64,000 nucleotides of DNA from Nitrosopumilus sp. GTDB taxonomy: Archaea > Thermoproteota > Nitrososphaeria > Nitrososphaerales > Nitrosopumilaceae. Shown here piece by piece: positions 21,172-31,839 of this stretch. Under the pieces are notes generated by a model that saw only the letters and a list, made by a program, of their open reading frames with translations, did no database searches and was not told the DNA's origin. The stretch lies in the NCBI GenBank assembly GCA_965224195.1, contig OZ245040.1:608001-672000 (forward strand), written 5' to 3'. A program made the translations under genes and the position numbers. Each line of letters starts with the position of its first letter. The first letter of the stretch is position 1.

Positions 21172-22410
21172 TTGGCTAAAATATCCTCAATTGAAGGACG
21201 TATTCTATACAATAGTAGAGGTAGCAAAACAGTTGAAATTGATATTAAATCAGACAACAAATTTATCGGAAGAGTATGTGCACCATCAGGTGCTAGTGTA
21301 GGAAAATACGAAGCAGTCAGTTTTCCAAATGAAAACCCTGAGGAAAGTCTCAAAATACTCAAAGATAATTCTCAAAAATTTATTGGGTTAGAATCATCAG
21401 ATCTTAAAGGAATTCATGAGGTTCTAAAAGAATTAGACGGGACTGCAAATTATTCAGTAATAGGAGGAGCATTGGCGTTTGCTGTAACAATTGCTTCAAT
21501 GGATTCAGCAGCAAAGGCATCTGTAGAGCCATTGTTTAGAATGTTGTCATCAGAATCATCGTTCAAATTTCCATTTCCATTAGGAAATATTTTAGGGGGA
21601 GGGGCACATGCAGGACCTAGAACTCCAGATATTCAAGAAATATTGATTTGTGCAACAGGCTCAAAAACTATTGAAAATGCAATTGAAACTAATTTATCAG
21701 TTCATAAAGAATTACGTCGTGTATTAGAAAAAGAAGATCCTAGCTTTACAAACGGTAAAGGCGATGAAGGTGGTTGGGCACCAAAATTAGAAAATCAAAA
21801 AGCATTGGAAATTTCTGTTAAAGCATGTGAGAACTTGGGATTTACTTTAGGAAAAGAAGTATCTTTAGGAGTTGACTTTGCATCATCAACACAATGGAAT
21901 GAAGAAAAAGGCAAGTATCTTTACAACAGAGCAGGGTTTGAAAATTCAACTGGAGAACAAATTGATTTTGCTGCAGATATTATTGAGAAATTTAAATTAA
22001 TTTATGCCGAAGATGCAGTTCATGAAGAGGCATTTGAAGACATGTCAGAATTAACAAAAAAATTTCCCAACACTCTAGTTACAGGGGATGACTTAACTGT
22101 GACAAACAAAAACATCCTAAAAAAAGCCATTGAGGTAAAATCATGTAATGCTGCAATTTTAAAAGTCAATCAAGCAGGAAGTCTTTTTGATGCCTTGGAA
22201 TTTGCTGATGAAGCAACTCAAAACAATATCAAACTAATCACATCACACAGATCTGGAGAATCTACAGATTCACAAATATCACACATTGGTATTGCTACAA
22301 AGTCAAAAATGCTCAAAGTGGGCATTGTAGGAGGAGAAAGAATAGCAAAAATCAATGAATTATTACGACTATCAGAGCATGATTTAATACGCGGTATGGC
22401 AGAGATTTAA
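21172..22410 (+). CDS. eno: Enolase
   Basis: NSRG, PSGASVG, GDEGG, LKVNQAG, SHRSGE. Confidence 0.96.
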   Translation: MAKISSIEGRILYNSRGSKTVEIDIKSDNKFIGRVCAPSGASVGKYEAVSFPNENPEESLKILKDNSQKFIGLESSDLKGIHEVLKELDGTANYSVIGGALAFAVTIASMDSAAKASVEPLFRMLSSESSFKFPFPLGNILGGGAHAGPRTPDIQEILICATGSKTIENAIETNLSVHKELRRVLEKEDPSFTNGKGDEGGWAPKLENQKALEISVKACENLGFTLGKEVSLGVDFASSTQWNEEKGKYLYNRAGFENSTGEQIDFAADIIEKFKLIYAEDAVHEEAFEDMSELTKKFPNTLVTGDDLTVTNKNILKKAIEVKSCNAAILKVNQAGSLFDALEFADEATQNNIKLITSHRSGESTDSQISHIGIATKSKMLKVGIVGGERIAKINELLRLSEHDLIRGMAEI

Positions 22411-22417
22411 AATCGTC

Positions 22418-23047
22418 ATGAGTGAACAAACTGAAGCAACGGACATCAAAAAGAAGGTTTTAGCTACCGGAATTAGAGTAGGCACTCAAGTTAAGACGAA
22501 ATTCATGAAACCATTCATCACTAAAGCCAGTCCTGAAGGCCTATACATGCTTGATTTAGACATCACACTAGAAAAAATTAAAACAGCAGCCAAATTCATC
22601 AATAGATTAGGTACTGAAAACCTCATAGTATGTTCAGGTAGACAATATGCAGAAACGCCAATTGAAAAATTTTGTGAAAGTTTAGGTTCTAAAAAATTGC
22701 TAAACAGATTCATGCCAGGTACGCTAACAAATCCATCATTACCATATTACATTGAACCAAAATTAGTTTTAATTTCAGATCCTCAAGTAGATGAACAAGC
22801 AATTATTGAAGCAACAAATGCAGGTATTCCAATTATCGGAATTGCAAACACAGACAATATCACATCTAATCTGGATGTAATAATTCCAGCAAACAACAGA
22901 GGAAGAAAAGCCCTAGCTACAGTTTACTGGTTATTGGTACGTCAAATCTTAATCGAAAGAGGAGAATTAAAAGAAGATGAACCAATGAAAGAAGAAATCG
23001 ACGATTTTGAAACAAAAATTACCGAAGAAGAAATCGACGATTTTTAG
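22418..23047 (+). CDS. rps2: 30S ribosomal protein S2
   Basis: RFMPGTLTN, IPANNRG. Confidence 0.96.
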   Translation: MSEQTEATDIKKKVLATGIRVGTQVKTKFMKPFITKASPEGLYMLDLDITLEKIKTAAKFINRLGTENLIVCSGRQYAETPIEKFCESLGSKKLLNRFMPGTLTNPSLPYYIEPKLVLISDPQVDEQAIIEATNAGIPIIGIANTDNITSNLDVIIPANNRGRKALATVYWLLVRQILIERGELKEDEPMKEEIDDFETKITEEEIDDF

Positions 23048-23064
23048 AATTTTAAAGTGTTTAA

Positions 23065-24006
23065 TTGAAATCCAAAGCTTCTGCACCAGGAAAAGTGATT
23101 CTTTTTGGAGAACATTTTGTTGTGTATGGAGTTAAAGCCATTCTTTGTGCAATTAACAAAAGAATCACGGTAACTGCTGAAAAAATTGAGGGGGGAAAAA
23201 TTTCCATTAAATCAAACATAGGGAATTTAGAATTAGAAACGGGTAAATTAATTTCTGAAATTAATTCACCATTAAAACCATTTTACTATTTAGCAAATAA
23301 AATGTTAAAAAATGAAAATACAGGAATTGAAATCATTGTCGAATCAGACATCCCATTAGGAGTAGGTCTAGGTTCATCATCTGCATGTTGTGTTGCAGGA
23401 GCTGCAGCAATTTCAAGATTATTTAAAAAAACATCAAAAGAAGAAATTCTTGCCCTATCCATAGAAGCTGAAAAAACAATTTTTGAAAATACATCAGGAG
23501 CTGATTGTACAGTTTGTACATATGGTGGAATTATGGATTATAGTAAAGAAAATGGGTTTCATAAAATAGAATCTGAACCTAATTTTCACCTAGTAATTGC
23601 AAATTCAAACATTGAACACTCCACAGAATCAGTGGTAGAAGATGTAAGAAAATTTAAAGAAAATGACGAAGTTGGATTTTCTTCATTATGTAAAATGGAA
23701 TCAAAATTAATAGAAGATGTTTTAGAATTATTGAAAGAAAATAACATCAAAAAATTAGGAACCAAAGTTAAAGAAAATCAAGAATATTTAGAGACAATAG
23801 GAATTTCAAATGAGAAACTAAGAGAAATAATCGAAATAGGGCAAACTGAATCATTTGGTTCAAAAATTACTGGTGCAGGGGGAGGAGGATGTATCTATGC
23901 TCTTACAGATGAATCAAATCTGGAACAGACCATTAACCAATTCAAAGATAAGAATTATGATTATTTTTCAGTTAAAATCGATTTTAAAGGTCTGGATACT
24001 TTTTAA
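23065..24006 (+). CDS. mvk: Mevalonate kinase
   Basis: APGKVILFGEH, PLGVGLGSSSA, TGAGGGGC. Confidence 0.95.
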   Translation: MKSKASAPGKVILFGEHFVVYGVKAILCAINKRITVTAEKIEGGKISIKSNIGNLELETGKLISEINSPLKPFYYLANKMLKNENTGIEIIVESDIPLGVGLGSSSACCVAGAAAISRLFKKTSKEEILALSIEAEKTIFENTSGADCTVCTYGGIMDYSKENGFHKIESEPNFHLVIANSNIEHSTESVVEDVRKFKENDEVGFSSLCKMESKLIEDVLELLKENNIKKLGTKVKENQEYLETIGISNEKLREIIEIGQTESFGSKITGAGGGGCIYALTDESNLEQTINQFKDKNYDYFSVKIDFKGLDTF

Positions 24007-24029
24007 TTGATCAGATAATTTTGAAAAAC

Positions 24030-24782
24030 ATGATTCTAATAAAATTAGGCGGATCCATTATTACAAATAAAGAAAAACCATTGTCTCCAAGGAAAAAAAT
24101 AATTGGAAATATATCAAAAAGTTTGAAAAAGATTAATGAACCTATAATTATTGTTCATGGAGGAGGATCATATGGACATTATTGGTCTGTAAAATATGAT
24201 ATGCATACAAAAGAAAAAAAATATAATCCAAAAGGAGTTGCAATTGTTAAAAATTCAATGATTGAATTGAATAAAATAATTCTAGATTCATTGATAAAAA
24301 ATAAAATAAATCCATACTGTCTTCCTCCAACGGATTTTATGTCTGGAAATAAACCCATTACTAAAAAAATTAAAGAAATTAAAAAAATTACAAAATCAAG
24401 ATTGATTCCAGTCACATATGGAGACGCATTATGGTTTGGACAGAATAAAACATACATTTTATCTGGAGATAAGATTATGACTCATCTTGCAAAAATTCTA
24501 AAACCCAGACTATGCATTTTTGCACTAAACGAGGACGGATTGTATTCAGATTTGAAATCAAAAAAACTGATTTATGAATTACATGATGAACGTCCATCTA
24601 TTTCTGAAAATAAAATGGATGTTACAGGTGGAATGACTAGAAAAGTCGAAGAAGCATCAAAAATTGCAAAGATGGGAATGAATGTTTTCTTTGTAAATGG
24701 TAACAAACCTGAAAGAATTGTAAAAGCGATTAAAAATAGGACGTTTGAAGGAACAATGTTTAGAGGTAAAAGAAATGTCTGA
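24030..24782 (+). CDS. ipk: Isopentenyl phosphate kinase
   Basis: IKLGGSIIT, HGGGSYGH, DVTGGM; position in the mevalonate cluster. Confidence 0.9.
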   Translation: MILIKLGGSIITNKEKPLSPRKKIIGNISKSLKKINEPIIIVHGGGSYGHYWSVKYDMHTKEKKYNPKGVAIVKNSMIELNKIILDSLIKNKINPYCLPPTDFMSGNKPITKKIKEIKKITKSRLIPVTYGDALWFGQNKTYILSGDKIMTHLAKILKPRLCIFALNEDGLYSDLKSKKLIYELHDERPSISENKMDVTGGMTRKVEEASKIAKMGMNVFFVNGNKPERIVKAIKNRTFEGTMFRGKRNV

Positions 24783-25419
24783 AGAATTTGTAATTTTAGT
24801 TGATGAAAATGATAATCCAATAGGGAGTGAAGAAAAGGTAAAGTGCCATTTACCAAATGGGAAACTACATCGGGCATTTACAGCATTATTATTTGATGGA
24901 GATGGCAGGCTTGTTCTAACAAGGAGATCTAAAGGGAAAATGTTATGGCCTAATGATTGGGATGGAACATTTGCAAGTCATCCAAGAGAATCAGAAACTT
25001 ATGTTTCATCAGGAGAAAGAAGAATGCCTGAAGAACTAGGAATAGAGGGAACATTAGATTATTTACATAAATTTGAATATCATGTCCCATACAAAGACGT
25101 AGGATCTGAAAATGAAATATGTGGAACATTAATTGGCATAATTGACAAGTCTACTGAATTAAAAGAAATTGAAGGTGAAATTGATGAAATTAAATGGATT
25201 TCTTCTAAAGAACTAATTGCAGAATTAAAGAAAAATCCACAAATCTATTGTCCATGGATGCTTATTGCATTAGAATTACTGGAAAAATCTGATAAATCCA
25301 TGTTCGAAAAACATGCAAATGTCTTATCTACATGGGTAAGCAGTGAAGTACATGATGAATTACAAAAAGCAATTAAAATTCATCTGCCAAATGACAAATG
25401 GAGATTAGTAAATGAATAA
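24775..25419 (+). CDS. idi: Isopentenyl-diphosphate delta-isomerase, type 1 (Nudix fold)
   Basis: LHRAFT, SHP, EELG, ENEIC, CPWM. Confidence 0.9.
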   Translation: MSEEFVILVDENDNPIGSEEKVKCHLPNGKLHRAFTALLFDGDGRLVLTRRSKGKMLWPNDWDGTFASHPRESETYVSSGERRMPEELGIEGTLDYLHKFEYHVPYKDVGSENEICGTLIGIIDKSTELKEIEGEIDEIKWISSKELIAELKKNPQIYCPWMLIALELLEKSDKSMFEKHANVLSTWVSSEVHDELQKAIKIHLPNDKWRLVNE

Positions 25420-26392
25420 AACAAAACAAATGGAACAAAATGCAAAAACAGTAAACAAGTATCTAAATTCAAAATTAAAAGGTAATCCTAAAAAACTCTA
25501 TGATGCAGCAGGACATCTAATCATTAATGGTGGAAAAAGACTAAGACCATACATGGTAATTAGAAGTTGTCAAATTTTAAAAGGTAAAGTTTCCAATGCA
25601 ATGCCTGCTGCAAGTGCAGTAGAGATGGTGCATAATTTCTCATTAGTTCATGATGATATTATGGACAATGATGAAATGCGTCATGGAGTTCCTACGGTGC
25701 ATAAAAAATTTGGTATGCCAATTGCAATTCTTGCAGGAGATGTTTTATTTTCAAAAGCATTTCAAATCATTACTGATTCAAAATTATCACCTATTGCTAC
25801 AACTCAACTAGTATCTAGACTTGCAAAAGCTTGTGTTGATATCTGTGAAGGTCAATTATTAGATGTAAAGATGGCTGAAGAAAGAAAAATTCCATCACAG
25901 GCAGAATACATTACAATGATTGGTAAAAAAACTGCAACATTGTTTGATGTATCTTGTGCAATGGGAGCTATTTGTGCAACAAATAAAGTAAAAGATATCT
26001 CAAATCTGTCATCATTTGGAAGAAATTTAGGAATCGCTTTTCAAATAACTGATGATCTAATTGGCGTTATGGGAGATCCCAAGATTACAAAAAAACCAGT
26101 AGGGAATGATTTGAGAGAAGGAAAGAAATCACTTCCAATTCTCATGGCAATAAAATCAGCAAAAAGTAATGATAAAAAGATAATCCTAAAAGCATTTGGA
26201 AATTCAAAAATATCAAAAAAGGATCTGAATAAATCTGTAGATGTCATTAGATCTTTAGGAATAGAGAAAAGTGTGAGAAAACAGGCTCTAAAATATGCTG
26301 AAAAAGCAGAAAAATCATTAGGAAATTATTCTGGATCTGCAAAAACTGAATTAATTTCATTGTTAGATTTTGTAGTAAAACGAAGTGTGTAA
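25412..26392 (+). CDS. Polyprenyl (geranylgeranyl) diphosphate synthase
   Basis: GGKRLRP, HDDIMD, FQITDD, DLREGK. Confidence 0.93.
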   Translation: MNKTKQMEQNAKTVNKYLNSKLKGNPKKLYDAAGHLIINGGKRLRPYMVIRSCQILKGKVSNAMPAASAVEMVHNFSLVHDDIMDNDEMRHGVPTVHKKFGMPIAILAGDVLFSKAFQIITDSKLSPIATTQLVSRLAKACVDICEGQLLDVKMAEERKIPSQAEYITMIGKKTATLFDVSCAMGAICATNKVKDISNLSSFGRNLGIAFQITDDLIGVMGDPKITKKPVGNDLREGKKSLPILMAIKSAKSNDKKIILKAFGNSKISKKDLNKSVDVIRSLGIEKSVRKQALKYAEKAEKSLGNYSGSAKTELISLLDFVVKRSV

Positions 26393-26413
26393 TTGTAATA
26401 GGTAAGAACTAAC

Positions 26414-28123
26414 ATGGATGATGAATTAAAAAAAGAAATTAGAAAAATGGCTCTTCAAAATGCTTTTGAGCATGGAGGAGAAACTAGAGATAAAATAATT
26501 TTAGGGAAAATTCTTGGAACAAAACCGGAATTTAGAAATAAAGTGAAGGAAATTTCAGGAACTATTTCTGAAATAGTATCAACAGTAAATCAGTTATCAT
26601 TAGAAGAGCAAGGAATCGAAATCAAAGAAAATTTTCCAGAAATTTTAATCCCAAAAGAAAAAATTGAAGAGAGAGAAGGTCTTCCAGAATTAAAAGATGC
26701 TGAACAAGGGAAAGTAATTACAAGATTTCCTCCAGAACCTAACGGATATCCTCACATTGGACATGCAAAAGCAGCTATCATTAATTCAGAATATGCCAAA
26801 ATGTATGGAGGAAAATTTATTCTAAGAATGGATGATACAAACCCTGAAGCTGAAAGAATGGAATATCATGCAGCCATCAAAGTGGGATTAGAATGGTTAG
26901 GAATTAAATTTGACACAGTAAAAAGTACATCAGATGACATGAAATTATTTTATGAAAAAGGAATGGAGTTAATTAATTTAGGAAAAGCATACGTTTGTAC
27001 TTGTAAAAGAGAAGATGTCAGTAAAAACAGAAGAGAGCGAAAAGCATGTAAGTGTAGTAGAGAAGACATAGATAAAAATAATAAAAATTGGGAAAAGATG
27101 AATGACAAATTTAAACCAGGAGATGCCATAGTTCGATTCCGTGGAGACATGAAAGCAGATAATGCAGTTATGCGAGATCCTGTTTTGTTTAGAATTATCG
27201 AAGGAAAACATTACACTTTAGGAGAAAAATATAGAATTTGGCCAAGTTACGATATGGCAGTAGCCATAGAAGATAGTATAGATGGTGTAACTCATGCCTA
27301 TCGTTCAAAAGAATTTGAACTCAGAAAAGAGCTAATTGATGCAATTTTAGATGCATTAAACATGAGAAAGCCGACTCAAGGCTTTTTCTCAAGATTAGAA
27401 TTCAAAGGCATGCCAATATCAAAAAGAATCATCAAACCGCTTATTGAAGAAGGGAAAGTTACATGGTATGATGATCCAAGACTACCAACTTTAGAGGCAC
27501 TACGAAGAAGAGGAATCAAACCAGAAGCAATTAGGAAATTTATCATGTCATTAGGATTAACCAAAGCAAATACTCTAGCACCGTTTGATGCACTAGAAGC
27601 ATTTAACAGAAAATTTGTAGATACAGATAGTATTAGACTATTCATGGTAAGCAATGCAAAAAAACTTTCAGTGAAAAATTTACCTGTATCTTCTGTTGAA
27701 ATCCCAAATCATCCAATAAATGATATGGGGAAAAGAACAATCGAGATTGATGGGGATTTTTACATTACAGGTGAAGATGCACAAACAATCAAAGAAGGAT
27801 CACAAATCCGCTTATTGGGTTTAGGGAATATTCACATTACAAAACAAGGAATAGAATTTGAAGGAGAATTTGTCGAAAATGGAGATACAAAAGATATACC
27901 AAAAATCCAGTGGGTACCACAAAAAACAGCACATGTAATAAAGATGATAATTCCAAAAACATTGTTTATTGGTGATGAATTTAATGAAGATAGTTTAGAA
28001 GAATTAGATGTGTATACAGAACCACATTATCTACAATTAAAAGAAGGAGAAGAAATACAATTTGTTAGATTTGGATATTGTAGAAAAGATTCTCAGAATC
28101 AAGCAATTTTTACACATAAGTGA
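26414..28123 (+). CDS. gltX: Glutamate--tRNA ligase
   Basis: RFPPEPNGYPHIGH, DDPRLPTL, QFVRFGY. Confidence 0.96.
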   Translation: MDDELKKEIRKMALQNAFEHGGETRDKIILGKILGTKPEFRNKVKEISGTISEIVSTVNQLSLEEQGIEIKENFPEILIPKEKIEEREGLPELKDAEQGKVITRFPPEPNGYPHIGHAKAAIINSEYAKMYGGKFILRMDDTNPEAERMEYHAAIKVGLEWLGIKFDTVKSTSDDMKLFYEKGMELINLGKAYVCTCKREDVSKNRRERKACKCSREDIDKNNKNWEKMNDKFKPGDAIVRFRGDMKADNAVMRDPVLFRIIEGKHYTLGEKYRIWPSYDMAVAIEDSIDGVTHAYRSKEFELRKELIDAILDALNMRKPTQGFFSRLEFKGMPISKRIIKPLIEEGKVTWYDDPRLPTLEALRRRGIKPEAIRKFIMSLGLTKANTLAPFDALEAFNRKFVDTDSIRLFMVSNAKKLSVKNLPVSSVEIPNHPINDMGKRTIEIDGDFYITGEDAQTIKEGSQIRLLGLGNIHITKQGIEFEGEFVENGDTKDIPKIQWVPQKTAHVIKMIIPKTLFIGDEFNEDSLEELDVYTEPHYLQLKEGEEIQFVRFGYCRKDSQNQAIFTHK

Positions 28124-28129
28124 TTTAAT

Positions 28130-28999
28130 ATGAAAATAGCACGATTGTCACATGATAATAATGAAACATACGGTTTCGTTAATGGGGACAAAGTATCCAC
28201 GAAAGATGAGATTACTTACTTGACTGGCGTCCCAATTCCTCAAAATGTTAAAGATTTTCTTTTTGATGGATGGTATGACGAAATTAAAAATAAAATTAAA
28301 GATTTACCATATGAAGAAAATATTTCAAAATACAAATTATTGCCACCGATTCCCAACCCCAACAAGATAATTTGTTTAGCATTCAATTATGTAGATCATG
28401 CTAAAGAACAGGGATTAGAAGCACCAGAAGATCCTGCATTGGTAATAAAACCTAGAACTACACTAAATAGTACAAATTCAGATATTGTATGTCCAGACTT
28501 TGTCACACAGTTAGATTATGAGGTTGAATTAGCCTTGATTATTGGTAAAAATTGTAAAAATGTAAGCATAGATGATGCATTTGATTCAATATTTGGATAT
28601 ATGATTTTCAATGATGTTTCAGCAAGAGATATTCAATTCAAAGATAAGCAATTCACGAGAGGAAAAAGCTTTGATTCTTTTGCACCATGTGGACCATGGA
28701 TAACAACAAAAGATGAAATCGAAGATCCTCAAAATCTAAAAATGACAACTAAAATCAACGGAGAATTAAGACAAAATTCTTCATCAAGTAATATGTTCAT
28801 TAAAATTCCGGAGATTGTTTCAAAAATTTCTAAAGTAATGACATTAGAAAAAGGAGACATCATCTCTACTGGAACACCTGCAGGAGTTATATTAAACAAA
28901 CCAAATGCAGTGTTTCTAAAAGATGGAGACAAAGTGGAGATGGAAATTGAAAATTTGGGAATTTTAAACAATATAATTAAAGTTGTTAAATCCGATTAA
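28130..28999 (+). CDS. Fumarylacetoacetate hydrolase family protein
   Basis: DYEVEL, NDVSARD, GKSFD, TGTPAGV. Confidence 0.92.
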   Translation: MKIARLSHDNNETYGFVNGDKVSTKDEITYLTGVPIPQNVKDFLFDGWYDEIKNKIKDLPYEENISKYKLLPPIPNPNKIICLAFNYVDHAKEQGLEAPEDPALVIKPRTTLNSTNSDIVCPDFVTQLDYEVELALIIGKNCKNVSIDDAFDSIFGYMIFNDVSARDIQFKDKQFTRGKSFDSFAPCGPWITTKDEIEDPQNLKMTTKINGELRQNSSSSNMFIKIPEIVSKISKVMTLEKGDIISTGTPAGVILNKPNAVFLKDGDKVEMEIENLGILNNIIKVVKSD

Positions 29000-29790
29000 A
29001 CTAAAGATTTTTTCATTAAATGAAATAATATTTTAAATTCTAAAGTATCAAAATGCAGTAATTTTTCCTTAGTTAAAATTTGAATGCGTTCATAATTTTG
29101 TTCCCAACCAAAATTTTGTAAAAATGAAAGAATTTCACAAGCAGATTCATTCGAATTTGAGAACAACGTAATAATTAGTGTTTTATCAAAATGTTCAGAT
29201 TCAGTAATTATTGCAATAGAGTTTTGGAGGTCAACTGAAGAATTAACAATTCTATTTTGTTCATAAAATGATTCCAATGTTTCATCATCAATTGGAAGCC
29301 ACCTCCAGGATTTTACATAATGAGAATAAGATTTAGAATTAATAGATTTATCAAAAGTGATATTATGATTTGGATTATTTTTTGGTTCGATGGTGTAAAA
29401 ATTCCATGTTTGAAAAATTTCATAGTTTAGAGACTGAGCCATAGAAATTGAAATGGGGTTTTCTGTATCTATTAACATGAATGAAAAAGGTAGATTTTTC
29501 TCTAAACCTGTGATTTCAGCACGTTTTACTAGTTCAGATGCGATGTTTTGGCGTCGAGAATTTGGCTCAATTCTGATTCCTTCAATCCAAACTTGATTAT
29601 CAGAATAAAAGGCATGACAAATTCCAACAGGATCTAGTTTTTGTGCTAATAGTAGATGACCTTCAGATATCCAATAATTCCAAACATGTTCCACATAATC
29701 TCCCCATGAAAAAGTATTTTTGCAGAATTTCAAAACACGTGTTTTATCTGAATTATTTGCTTCTCTAATTCTCAATTTTGTCATATACAA
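28996..29790 (-). CDS. GNAT-family acetyltransferase
   Basis: WIEGIRIEPNSRRQNIAS motif A. Confidence 0.8.
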   Translation of the reverse strand: MYMTKLRIREANNSDKTRVLKFCKNTFSWGDYVEHVWNYWISEGHLLLAQKLDPVGICHAFYSDNQVWIEGIRIEPNSRRQNIASELVKRAEITGLEKNLPFSFMLIDTENPISISMAQSLNYEIFQTWNFYTIEPKNNPNHNITFDKSINSKSYSHYVKSWRWLPIDDETLESFYEQNRIVNSSVDLQNSIAIITESEHFDKTLIITLFSNSNESACEILSFLQNFGWEQNYERIQILTKEKLLHFDTLEFKILFHLMKKSLV

Positions 29791-29823
29791 AAAATTATTA
29801 AGAATAATTAGATAAAAACTTCA

Positions 29824-30132
29824 ATGGGAAAAATTATTGCCGGTAAAACATCAGATATTCCACCTGGAAAAATGATCAAAGTATCTATTGATGGTAGAGA
29901 TATTCTTGTTGCAAATATTGATGGAGAATATTGTGCTACAGATGACTCATGTACTCATTCAGGCTCTAGTCTATCTGAAGGGAAATTAGATGGCTGTACA
30001 ATTACTTGTGGATGGCATGCAGCCGAATTTGATTGTAAAACTGGTAAATTAATGAAATTCCCAGCAAAAATTAGAGATTTAACATCATACAATATTGTCG
30101 TAGAATCAGACAATGTCTTTGTAGAGATATAA
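29824..30132 (+). CDS. Rieske-type ferredoxin
   Basis: CTH...CGWH. Confidence 0.9.
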   Translation: MGKIIAGKTSDIPPGKMIKVSIDGRDILVANIDGEYCATDDSCTHSGSSLSEGKLDGCTITCGWHAAEFDCKTGKLMKFPAKIRDLTSYNIVVESDNVFVEI

Positions 30133-30167
30133 CTATATTCTTCTAATTTTTAAGAAAAGATGTAAAA

Positions 30168-30437
30168 ATGGTTGACGACTCTCAAAATAAAGAATCTATG
30201 AAAGGAGCAATTGAAACACTAGAACAAATTACTTCTAGCAACTCAACTCCAAAAACAATCAAGAAGTCAATTACAGATTTAATTATAGAACTCAAAAATA
30301 CAGAATATTCACTATCAGTTAGGGCAGCAAATACTATCAGCCTATTAGATGATGTAACACAAGATGCTAACATGCCTTCATACGTTAGAACTCAATTATG
30401 GCAAGCAGTTTCAAAATTAGAAAGCATAAGAGAATAA
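30168..30437 (+). CDS. UPF0147-family protein
   Basis: RAANTISLLDDVTQDANMPSYVRT. Confidence 0.85.
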   Translation: MVDDSQNKESMKGAIETLEQITSSNSTPKTIKKSITDLIIELKNTEYSLSVRAANTISLLDDVTQDANMPSYVRTQLWQAVSKLESIRE

Positions 30438-30462
30438 ATTCTCGTACAAGATATCAAGCATA

Positions 30463-31224
30463 ATGAAAATTGAAGAATATTTAAAAACTCTTCCTGAAAA
30501 TTTGCTTAGTGGTGAAGATGTTCAATTGCCTGAAAAATCATTTCGTGAGATTTTTAAATTTGTAGATTTAGGTGAAGATGATATTTTTTATCATTTAGGA
30601 TGTGGGAATGAGGAAGGGATTGAACTTGCTCTAAATGAATTTAGAGTTAAAAAAGCAGTTGGAATTGATAATAATTCTAAAAAAATAAAACAAGCAAAAA
30701 AAAATCTTAAAGAAAAAAATACCAAAGCAGATTTGATTTGTCAAAACATAGAAGATTCAATTTTCTCAGATGCATCAGTGATTTTATTCTGGTTTACGGA
30801 TGAAAATATAATTAATAAAATGATGAAAAAATTTGAAAATCTTAAAGAATGTACAAAAATAATTACAATTTGGGGACCTCTGCCAGAGTGCCTTCCAGAT
30901 AAAGTAAATTTTCCATATATTATCAATAAAGTCCCTCTCAAAAAAACACAAAATTTACAAGAACAGCTGTTATCCATTTTTGGTGTGAAATGTGTTGATT
31001 TTGTTACGGCCTGGGAATTCGCTGAAAGATATACCAAATCAATAGGTTCTCCAAAAATTAAAAATGATCGATTTTTGACTATTATTCAAACATTAGTAAT
31101 TTGGATTAATGCAAAAAAACTAGGAGTGGCATGTGGAGAAGGAATTCCAGAATCTATTCAGACATATATCAACATCATGAAGATGCATTTTAACATTGAT
31201 TTTGAATATCTATTAAAAGAATAA
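30463..31224 (+). CDS. SAM-dependent methyltransferase-like protein
   Basis: FYHLGCGN, AVGIDN. Confidence 0.7.
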   Translation: MKIEEYLKTLPENLLSGEDVQLPEKSFREIFKFVDLGEDDIFYHLGCGNEEGIELALNEFRVKKAVGIDNNSKKIKQAKKNLKEKNTKADLICQNIEDSIFSDASVILFWFTDENIINKMMKKFENLKECTKIITIWGPLPECLPDKVNFPYIINKVPLKKTQNLQEQLLSIFGVKCVDFVTAWEFAERYTKSIGSPKIKNDRFLTIIQTLVIWINAKKLGVACGEGIPESIQTYINIMKMHFNIDFEYLLKE

Positions 31225-31264
31225 TCTGTGTAATCCTTTTATTTTGTTTTTACTTGAATAGAAT

Positions 31265-31612
31265 ATGGTTGGAAGAATTAACATTAATGTTTCAGCAGTA
31301 GATTATGATAAAACTAGTAAAGCACTAACTCATCAATTATCTCTTTTAGAAGAAATGGTTCATGGAGAAAATGATTTTGCTATGACAGATTCAGAATTTG
31401 CATTTGGATGGCATTTTTTTGTATTAAGTATCAATAGATCATTAGTAGAAAAGCTAATAGAAATGATGGGTGCTGATTATGATAAAATTAAGGGCAAGGG
31501 AAACGAAAAGAAGTTTTTAACATGGTTAACTAAAAACTTAGAGAGCAAATCTCCTAGATTCAAACTAGCCATTAAAGAAGAGATGGAATCTAGCAAGTTT
31601 GGTATTTTTTAA
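31265..31612 (+). CDS. Conserved hypothetical protein
   Basis: 115-aa ORF with host-like composition. Confidence 0.7.
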   Translation: MVGRININVSAVDYDKTSKALTHQLSLLEEMVHGENDFAMTDSEFAFGWHFFVLSINRSLVEKLIEMMGADYDKIKGKGNEKKFLTWLTKNLESKSPRFKLAIKEEMESSKFGIF

Positions 31613-31712
31613 AAATTGATAGACACTGAACATAATTTGTTAAATTAGATCTAGACCCTAAAATAATACCCCAATTAGATGGATCACATAATTTTATTTT
31701 CTTATTTGCTGC

Positions 31713-31822
31713 CTATTGAGTAGTTGTTTTGAAATATTTTTGGCGGTATTCATCTGCTTTGCAGAAGATTGGAGCAGAAACAATTTCAGTAACAATAGGC
31801 TTATCATACTCTCCTGATTTTT
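31713..31822 (-). pseudogene. msrA: Remnant of the MsrA C-terminus
   Basis: Translates as YDKPIVTEIVSAPIFCKADEYRQKYF, matching the MsrA IVTEI...FY.AEEYHQ.Y motif. Confidence 0.6.
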
Positions 31823-31839
31823 AATTAAGAAAAATTGGT

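Noticed and set aside
24775-25419. Type 1 IDI in an archaeon as a novelty
   Set aside because: Already known for Thaumarchaeota and located in the expected mevalonate cluster.
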